Assembly (NCBI RefSeq): GCF_009914755.1 | Contig: NC_060939.1 | DNA: 64,000 nucleotides | Direction: 5' to 3' (one strand) | Source: the human T2T-CHM13v2.0 reference genome, Homo sapiens | Shown: positions 54,063-64,000 of the stretch, in pieces | Numbering within the stretch: the stretch's first letter is position 1 | Layout of the letters: each line of letters opens with the position of its first letter | The notes under the pieces: model-generated | Database searches by the model: none | Told to the model about the DNA's origin: nothing | What the model saw: the letters and a program-made list of their open reading frames with translations, nothing else | Program-made: the position numbers and the translations under genes

Positions 54063-55159
54063 TGAGTAGCTGAGACTATAGGTGTGTGCCACCACGCCTG
54101 GCTAATATGTGTATTTTTTGTAGAGATGAGTTTTTGCCATGTTGCCCAGGCTGGTATTGAACTCCTGGCTTAAGTGATCCTCCTGCCTAGGCTTCCCAAA
54201 GTGCTGGAAGGAATTACAGGTATGAGCCACCGTGCCTGGCCTCACCATTGTTAAAATTATGGAAATCGTGTTTGCAAAGCAGGTTGGCCTGTTTGGAAAA
54301 GGGTGTCATAATTTCTCAGGTAACTCCAAAAAGAGAAAGCTACGAAAATTACCTTAATACATTCATTACAGTCTCAGTATAAGATTATAGCTTCCTCTCC
54401 CAAAGCGTAACCACAACCTGACGCAGGATGAGTTGGTTTGAAAATACCGCATACAATATCCTCTTGAGTAGAATCATAATTTAGAACTCTAAAAATGACC
54501 GGAAACAAAACTGTCCAAGTTTGTTTAACGTAATGTGTTTCAAATTATTTGACTAGAAAACCCTTCATTCGTGCAACACTTATAAATATCCCATGGCAAA
54601 TCTAGTTTTCTATGAATAATGAACGAAACATTTATAATTTAAAACTAAAATTGTCTTCTAAGCAGAGATCTACGTATCAATAAAATGAAGAAATAAAATT
54701 TCCATACTGTTTGCTTCCCAATACAAGGATTAGAAGGAAAGGGAAAAGAGTAACAGCGAGAATCAATAGCCCATGTCTGGCCAGGCTCCATGGCTCAATC
54801 ACACCTGTAATCCCAGCAATTTCAGAAGCTGAGGCGGGAGGATCACTGGCCTTTAGTGATCCTTGAATGAAACTCCATCTCTAAAAAATTAAAAATATTA
54901 GCTTAGAGAATCATTTGGGCCCAGGAGTTTGAGGCTGTATTGAACTATGACTATGCTACTGCATTCCAGCCTGGGCAACAGGCTGCTTAAACCTGGAGGG
55001 GCAGAGCTTGCAGTGAGCCGAGATCGCGCCACTGCACTCCAGCCTGGGCAAAGGAGCCAGACTCCGTGGCAAAAAAAAAAAAGAGATTCTATTCACAATA
55101 ACAACAAAACCCTGAGAATATATCTAGCAAAGTATACACAGGCCTTTCATGAAGAGTAT

Positions 55160-55548
55160 TGCCATAGCCTGAATGTGTCTCCCAAAATTCATGTATTAAA
55201 ACTTAATTCCCAAGATGATAGTACTAAGAAGTGGGGCCTTTAAGAAGTGATTAAGACATAAGGGTGAGCCCTCATGCATGAGATTAGTGCCTTCCTTATA
55301 AAAGGGCTTGTGGGTGGTGGTAAATCTGTCCCTTCTGCCTCATGAGAACATAGCATTTGCCTGCTCCAGAGGAAGCAGCATTCAACGTACCATCTTGGAA
55401 GCAGAGACCAGGCCCTCACTAGACACTGTGTCTGCTGGAGTCTTGATCTTGTTCTTCCCAACCTCCAGAACTGAGAAAATAAACTTCTGCTCTGTGTAAA
55501 TTACCCAGTCTCAGGTGTTTTGTTATGGCACTATGAAGGGACTAAGAC
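55160..55548. mobile_element. MaLR solo LTR (MST-like) inserted in an L1 remnant
   Basis: tgccatagcctgaatgtgtctcccaaaattcatgt...aaataaacttctgctctgtgtaaattacccagtctcaggt...ggactaagaca. Confidence 0.8.
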
Positions 55549-55919
55549 AAATATAAAAATTACCCAGGGACTTAAAGGAAGAACTGACTAAACTGAAATA
55601 TATGCCATATATATTATGAATCGTAGGACTCAATGCTATAAACATACTACTTCTCAACAAATTAATCTATAAATTCAAGAAATTCCTACACAAATCCCAA
55701 TAGAATTTTTTTGTGGAACTCGAGAGGCTGATCCTAAAATTCATACAGTCACTTGAGGGACCAAGAATAGTGTAACAGGGCTGGCGGGGCTGGTGGCTCA
55801 CACCTGTAGTCCCAGTACTTTGGGAAGTCAAGACTGGAGGATGGTTTGAACCCAGGAGTTCAAGACCAGCCTAGGCAACAGCAAGATGTTGTCTCAAAAT
55901 ATTAAAAATAAATAAATAA

Positions 55920-56156
<237 letters not shown>

Positions 56157-57809
56157 TAGAGACGGGGTTTTTCCATGTTGCCCAGGTTGTTCTCAAACTC
56201 ATCCACCTGCCTTGGCCTCCGCAAGTGAGATCACAGACATGGGCCACTGTGCCCGGTCTAGTGCGCTTTTTTTTTTTTTTTTTTTTTAACCAAACAAACG
56301 ATGAAGTCTCAGGAGTAAAAGTTGATACACAAGTAAATTTTATTGGTAATGTTTTTGTGTGGTCTTTAAGCAGAGGGAAAATTAGTCTGCATTATGGTGT
56401 ATCCAGACTAAATAACTGATATTAAAATGAAATTATCCTTAGGATTTGCAATCTTAGAGAAAACTTTTTCATTTTTTTTGAGTTACAAATTATCTTCACT
56501 TACATTTGAGAACAGTGAGTCACAGAGGGATTAAGTATCTTACTCAAGATCTTGCAAGTGTTTGGTTTGAACCCAATCTTTTCACTCTGCAGAACTCAGA
56601 GTCACTCTTATTTGGAAACTTTTTAACTGATGTGGATCCTCTAATATGGGCTTCCTATTATTCATTCCGTATTAGTCAGAAGTTTTGCAAGCAGGCAGAA
56701 TTCATTTTGCCAATTACGGGATTTTCCCTCAGTTGCAGTCAAGGTTCATAAAACTATAACTATTTATCTTTAATTATAAATTTTGTTTTTGAGACAAAGT
56801 CTTGCTCTGTTGCTCAGACTGGGATCCAGTGGCACAGTAACAGCCCATTGCAGCTTTGAACTCCTGGGCTCAAGGGATCCTCCGCCTCAGCCTCCCAAGT
56901 ATCTGGGACTACAAGTGCATGCCATCATCCCTGGCTAATTTTGTTAAAAAAAAAAATTGTAGAGATAGGGTCTTGCTTCGTTGCCCAGGCTGGTCTCAAA
57001 CTCCTGGCCTCAAGCAAGCCTTCAGCCTTGGTCTCCCAAAGGGCTGAGATTACAGGTGTCAGCCATTGCACCTGGCCAAAACTGTAACTATATATACACA
57101 CACACATAACTACATATATATGTGTGTGTGTATGTATGTGTGTGTGTATATATATTTTTATATATAAATAGATATATCTGAAAGGCATCAAAAGAAAAAA
57201 GCTGTAACTTTTAGTCTTGATCTTGATAGTGACTTGATTAGGCTATCTGTTTAACATCAAAGATGCAAATTAATGCTTTCTTTGGGTGAGCATATTAAAA
57301 ATGCAGAAAATATTGGAGTAGTTTTTTATGTTAAATAAATTGTATTCTGTGTATTTAAGGTATACAACATGATTTTGTGGGATGCATATAGATGGTTAAA
57401 AAAATTACTACAGTGAAGCAAATTAACGTATCCTTCAACTCAGATAGTTACCCGTTTTCTTTTTGTTTGGTGGCAAGAGGAGCTTAAAATCTCATTTAGC
57501 GTGAATCCCAATACAGTACAATTTTATTACCTATATTTCTCGCGTTGTACATTATATTTCTAGGCTTGTTCATCCTACATATCTGCTACTGTGTAACCTC
57601 TGAGCTATGTCCACCCATTTTCTCTCTTGCCCCCCAAGTAATTTCCTAAAGTGTCTCATATAAAAAGGCAGTAGCTTTCAGCTTAAACTTTTTCTCTGTA
57701 TATATTTAAGTCAATTTCTTTGAGGTATGTTTTTCTCTCCAGAATAGTTAGATGTAGGCATACCACTTTAATGTTGACACTAGTTCACCTAGAACTTATC
57801 TTCTGCAAA

Positions 57810-57925
57810 TCTGTCTCTATGTCCATCTCTGTCTCCATCTTTGTCTCTATCTTTATCTCTGTCTATCTATCTATCCATCCATCCATCCATCCATCTATCT
57901 ATCTATCCATCTATCTGTCTATCTA
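57810..57925. repeat. (TCTA)n/(TCCA)n microsatellite; a TA/TG repeat also lies at ~57088-57175
   Basis: Seen directly in the sequence. Confidence 0.9.
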
Positions 57926-58579
57926 ACTAAAGCAAATTCATGCCCTTCTCCTATTTATGGAATCGAGACCATAAACAGAGGTGAGGGAAAGAATTTGGCA
58001 GGAATTGCGATGTGTATTACCTGTGGCATAAGGAAACTACAGAACTAGGGTCAAAAGTATACTTTCTAGTTCTTTCCCATGGCTTTTCACTTTGATGTAG
58101 TCCTTATCAGGCAACTGAGGTTTTATATAAGTCCCCTGATTCTTAGAACATGAAGGTGTAGTATTCAAGTTTGGTCCCTTGAAACCACAATTTTTGTTAA
58201 AAAAATTTAAGAAAATTGTATGATTTCCTCAGCAAATACATATTGATCATCTGTTATACAGCCATGAGAAGTGGTTCTGTTGAACACGTTTATTTTATCA
58301 GATCCCAATTCTAAACCAGGCATAGAATGGAAACCATGAAGGTAGGATGAAATAACTTCTGAATGTTTGAAAATAGTGTACTTAAAAATAAATATCAGGT
58401 GTTTTTGTTTTGTTTTTTGTTTTTTGTTTTTGAGACAGGGTCTCACTCTGTCACCCAGGCTGGAGTGTGGTGGTGCCATCTCACCTCATTGCAGCCTTGA
58501 CCTCCCAGGCTCGGGTGATCTCCCACCTCAGCCTCCCAAGTAGCTGGGACTACAGGCACATGCCACCATGCCCAGCTAA

Positions 58580-58729
<150 letters not shown>

Positions 58730-59263
58730 TAAGTATCAGCACTGCCTCTTCAATCTTTTCTATTACTATGTTGTGCTCAGTGGTATTTTTTATTGAATTA
58801 GAGCAGTGCTGTTCAATGGAACCTTCTTTGAGGATGGAAATCTTTTATGTCTCTGCTGTGTGGGTATGGTATTAACTGGGTATGGGGCACCTGCCTATAG
58901 TCCCAGCTACTCAAGAGGCTGAGGTGGGAGGATCACTTGAGCCCAGGAGGCCGAGTCTGCAGGTTCGTACCACTGCAATTCAGCCTGTGTGACAGAATGA
59001 GACTCAGTCTCAGAATAAAATGAAATAAGGAAATAAAAATGTAATTGTTGAAATAAGAAACTAGTGGATGGATTAGACACGAGAAGAAAGAATTAATTGT
59101 TTAGACGATTCTCTCCAAAAAGTAAGTCAGCATGTCACACAGAGAGACATGAGGATAGATGATAGGGCAGAAGTTGGTGGGCTTGGAGGGGAGAGGAAGA
59201 TCAGAATGAGGTCCAAAATGTGTCTTAGTGAAATCCCAGGAGGAGATATTAAAATTATATTAG

Positions 59264-59473
<210 letters not shown>

Positions 59474-59959
59474 TAGTAGAGATGTGGTTTCACCTTTTTA
59501 GTCAGGATGGTCTCAATCTCCTGACCTCATGATCCACCAGCCTCAGGCTCCTAAAGTGCTGGAATTATACGCATAAGCCACTGCACCCGGCCCAAAAGCT
59601 TTGTGTTTTTACAAATATTACACACGTTTCTTGTTTAAGAAAAAAAGTCTTCACAATAACGTAGGAGAATAAGAGAAACATTTTTCCAAAAAAGAGAAGT
59701 CATTGTGATTATTTTATCTTATTGGAATGTTGGATAATATAGTCTGCTTCAGTAATCATCAAGCATGCTATGGATTTTCCATTTTCATAGGATCTGTATC
59801 TCGGTTAAGGTAATACTGGTAATTTTTGTACTCTATGAAAAATATAGGCCAAAATCATAGACCTTGCATAGAAGCTGGATCATGAAGACAGCTCTGGAGG
59901 AACACACAGGTACACACACACAGACACACATATATATAAAGTATACACATATATATTTT

Positions 59960-60270
59960 TTAAAAGCTTTTAAAGCAAAAGCCGGCCCTGCCCCTCTCCC
60001 AGAGTTGGCGGCCTCTCCCCTCTCTTAGAGTGGGTGGGGACAGTGGTTGCATGGGCAGCTTTCCTCGTGAGCCAAAGGTCCCTCTGGACACATGATGCCT
60101 GGCCACGCCCCCTTTCCCTTTCATCTTTCTCATTAACCAATGGTCTTGGAGCATTAAGGCCACGCCCCTATTCTGCCTTCTACTGCATCCCTGGTTACGC
60201 CTCCTCTGGCTCAGTCGCACAGCTACCTGGTAGGTGACTGGAGGTGTTGATCAGTGCTTGGTGGGATTTT
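59960..60270 (+). promoter_or_regulatory. GOLGA8 proximal promoter / 5'UTR
   Basis: ccaat (~60137) and ccacgcccc Sp/KLF-like sites (~60103, ~60160). Homologous to the GOLGA6L promoter. Confidence 0.6.
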
Positions 60271-60274
60271 GCTG

Positions 60275-63200
60275 ATGTGGCCCCAAGCCCGCCTCCCTCC
60301 CCACCCTGCGATGGCAGAAGAAACTCGACAAAGTAAATTGGCAGCAGCCAAGAGAAAGGTAAAAACACACCAGGTCACGGACCCCCAACCCAGCCATAGA
60401 TCCTCTCCAACGACAAGACTGCTGCCAGAGTCCATACCACTCCCGAGGTTCACCGGACTGGGACCCCCACACCGGTGCCTCTGGGCTACCCCCACCAAAG
60501 TTTTGCCAGTCAGCCCCACCCCTTCAGCAAGCAGCCCAGTCTCTGCCCTCACCAATCACCCCAGGGTGACTTTGGGCAGGTGAATCCTGGGGATCCCCGC
60601 TCCTTTACTGGGCCCTCATCTCCTGCCACCCCAAGCTTGACCTCCCAGGGCTTTTTGGGCTCACATCTCCAAGGACCTGGGTCCCACAGCCCCAGACCCC
60701 ACCCTCACCAGTCATCCCTGGGTGACTTTAGGCTGGTGAATCCTGGGGCTCCCTGCTGCTGACTCTTCCCTTCCCTCCTGCTGCCTCAAGGTGGACCTCC
60801 CTAGGCTGTGTGCACTGGTGTCTCCAAGGACCTGGGTCCCAGCTCTGTTTTTCCCTCCCCTATCATGGAGCGATGACTCGGACATCATGCTGATGTGGTC
60901 CCTCCCCCTCACCAGGAAGAGTGGAATGTAGTGATGTCACGGTCCATCCAGTAACTGTCATTACTGCAAGACTGGCCTTTGATCTTATGACCCAGTCCCC
61001 TAAGCATTGCCACCCCATTTCTGGTTCCTCTTGTCACAGCACAAATTTCCAGCTGGAAGGGGAATGGAGATTGGGACCTAGGAGCAAGAGGTTTCAGGCT
61101 GCCTCACTCCCTTAACATAAACACTGACAGCGGGAAAAGCCTACACTTCCCCTGTGAGCTCAAAACATTGACAGTACCTCTGGATGGCAACTGGAGAATG
61201 GGTTTGACTTGGTTTGGTTTTCTCCCAGGCTTCTACTTTCCAGAGAGATTTTAACAAATTTTTTGTGAGTTCTCCACCTCACATTCTAATTCTCCATGGT
61301 TCTGGGACCAGACTGCCCTTCAGTCAGTGGTCTGTGAAGTGAGATTTGCTCATCTTCTGTGGAATAGATCTTGGGAAACTGAACTTGACAGCTTGAATCT
61401 TCCTCATATTATGTAAACCTGGGGTACTTTGAGTGCCACAGGATACATATGGGACATCTTTCTGAAGCATCAGTTTCCATTGATTCTCTTGAGATCAAGA
61501 GAAAAAACATTAATGTACTTAGGGATGACAGTCACATAGGTTTCTAAGAGTATACCAGACCTCTCTCTGAAATGAGGCTTGGGTTGTCCTCTTTCTGATA
61601 AATTCCCAGATTTAACAGAAAGGCTGCCTTCTGCCATGAGGATACATTGATATAAGAGTTTGAGAGGTACTGGTGCACTTCTTCACACTAACAGACGTGT
61701 GAGGATGTATGACTCTAAACCACATGGCATACAGTTCCTGCCTACTTAATGTTTACTTTTCTACCTCTGCCTCTGGTTTTGGTCCCTGGCAGCTGCTGAT
61801 TCTTGGTAATACCCCAGAGTTTGGAGTCAGAAGACTGAGTTTCAAAGTTCGTCTGTCGCCTTTTTCTTTTCTTCTTTTTTTTTCTAGCCATGATATCAAT
61901 CTCTTTGAGTCACTAAATGATTGTGACAACACCTTGTACAGTTGTTGGTGTCATTAAATCAGATGGTGTATAAGAGTATTTTATAAAAACTGTAAAGGAG
62001 GATGTGGCTGCAGGGGCTGATAGTTCTCATGAGTATTACTGCTCTTGTTTCTGACAGTTAAAAGAATATTGGCAGAGAAACAGCCCTGGTGTTCCAGCAG
62101 GAGCCAAGAGGAACAGGAAAACAAATGGCAGCATCCATGAGACAGCCACTTCTGGTGGTTGCCACTCACCTGGAGATGTGAGTCTTGGCTGACTAGGTTC
62201 CTGGGGACAGGGGACCCAAGGGGCACTAGAGGGTAATTGTTAAGATTGTGGATGGACTGTTGGGTACCTGTGAAGAATTCTGGGTTTGAATCCTGCCTCT
62301 TTGTCTGCTAGGGATATGAATTAGGGCAAGTTGCTTGACCTCATCGGGCCTCTCTTTTCACATCTGTATAATAGAGGTGGTATTGTTTCACTTCCATTTG
62401 TGAAGTTTAAATGAGATCTGTTATTGTTGTTTTTATGTTAATCCCTAGTACATGGCCTGCTGTAAACACCCAGAACACCCAGGATATGGTCATTGCTGTT
62501 CGATTTTCCTCATCCCCAGTCTCAAGGGGAAGCCAGGACAATGAGAACAGTCACTTGGCACAGGAGTCACTGAAAGGGCCGCAGGGTGCTGTGGTGGGGA
62601 GATAAGAACCATGAGAGAAGTTGGCACAAAGGAGTTATGGGACAAAGGGTCCAAGATAGGCAGAAAAGAAAATTGTGCCAGTTGATGGGGAAGAAAAGAA
62701 GTCAGAGGGCTTAGATACTGAGTGGGACAGAACATCTTCATGTGCACTCTCATCTCTTGTAGTCAGCAACAGGTATCCACGGGGAGAGCCCTACATCATC
62801 TGCTACCCTGAAGGATCTGGAGGTAAGAGGCTCTGGGCAGAGGTGCAGTGACCCTGCAGGGCAGCCCTCCAACCTCCTCCTCCAGGTGGGACGGGGTGCC
62901 CCTCTGCCAGCTGAGACAGTCCACACACACCCCAGCCCTAATGATTGCTCTCTCTACCTCTCCCCCCACTCCTCCTCCACCTCCTCCTCTCTGCATGCGC
63001 CTCAGAGCCCGTGCCAAGAACTAGCAGTAGTCCCAGACTCGAGGTCCGTAAAAGTCAGTCAACTGAAGAACACCATCAAATCTTTGGTAAGAGTCCACTG
63101 GGGTCCCCTGATTCCACGCTGCCAATCCTGGGCTCTAGTTTCTCCTTGGGGCCCTGAAGAAAGGGGACAGGGGCCCCTGGTGCCAAGGGCGAATAGGGAG

Positions 63201-63980
63201 CTGGGGCACCCAGGCCTCACCTGGAGGGACCCCGGAGCATGCAGCATGGCTCTTTTTTTGCTGCCCTGTTTGCTGACTCTCCCCTCTCCAGACGCCCCTG
63301 CTCGAGTCCTTGCTACACACGCCCTGGGATTGTTGCCTCTTGGGGAAGTGCTAGCCTGACTGGTTGTCAGGGGCCCTGTATTTCTGCCATGACTCAGTCC
63401 CTAATTTGCTCTTTGATTCTGGACAAGCCACCTCTCCTTTTTGGGCTCGTGTTTCCAGAGGAAGTAGTGAGTATCATAGGTCTCTGTTAGCTCTGAGAGT
63501 CTGAGATTTAAAGGCCTCCTAGAATGGAAACCTCAGGGCCAAAGGCTCCTGTCTGTCCTTTTCCGCCCTAAATCTGCTGTGAAGAACCGTACTTGGCCCG
63601 TACGTGCTCAGTAAATGTTTATTGAATGAATGCACTTTTCTAAATCACAAGCTGGCAGAAGGGGGGGCCTTTCTCAAACTCCATCTCTAGAGGTTTATGT
63701 TACTGTCCTGTCAAGAGATTCCAGATTCAGACCTTGAGTTCTGTGGCTGTGGACAAAAGCCAACAAAGACCCAAATCCTCTGTCCTTGGGAGCTTGAGGA
63801 GAGTTTACCAGTTCGTGTTCCCACTGGGTCTGAGAACTTTGCCTTTAAAATCCATTCCTGGTCCCTGCCTACCACTTCCTGCTCTGGGGAATAGAGTTGA
63901 GGGGGCCACCCTCCATCACCTTAATGTGACTCTCCCCACAGAAACAACAGAAGAAACAAGTGGAACATCAGCTGGAAGAA
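60275..63980 (+). CDS. GOLGA8CP: GOLGA8-family gene or pseudogene, 5' part; exons 60311-60358 (in-frame upstream ATG at 60275), 62058-62177, 62763-62822, 63006-63086, 63942-63980; continues beyond the window
   Basis: Canonical splice sites and an open frame: [116 protein letters not shown]. Paralog (8CP/8DP/8EP/8F/8G) is not resolvable from this part. Confidence 0.85.
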
Positions 63981-64000
63981 GTAACATGATTTCTTTGTTT

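Overview
Human (hominoid) genomic DNA from a chromosome 15q11-q13 segmental-duplication mosaic, very rich in Alu. From left to right it contains: (1) the CpG-island promoter and first two exons of a HERC2 copy on the - strand, whose exon 2 reads MPSESLC where I recall MPSESFC for HERC2, favouring a HERC2P paralog; (2) an inverted, frameshifted internal HERC2 fragment of four exons on the + strand; (3) an orphan CHRNB4 exon 2 copy; (4) a complete GOLGA6L gene on the - strand (8 coding exons, about 730 aa, with a large coding VNTR); (5) an unprocessed MPHOSPH10 pseudogene (exons 1-2); (6) a truncated ERV LTR followed by a five-unit tandem array of [sense Alu monomer + antisense Alu]; and (7) the first five coding exons of a GOLGA8 gene on the + strand, head-to-head with GOLGA6L. 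Gene order and the GOLGA6L C-terminus best fit HERC2P3-GOLGA6L6-GOLGA8CP, but near-identical paralogous blocks exist, so symbols are provisional and recalled rather than searched. The most unusual signal is the 47.75-50.17 kb Alu array. Its Alus carry strand-specific A-to-G changes in ADAR-preferred contexts, suggesting an A-to-I hyperedited hairpin RNA that was reverse-transcribed into the genome and then tandemly amplified.
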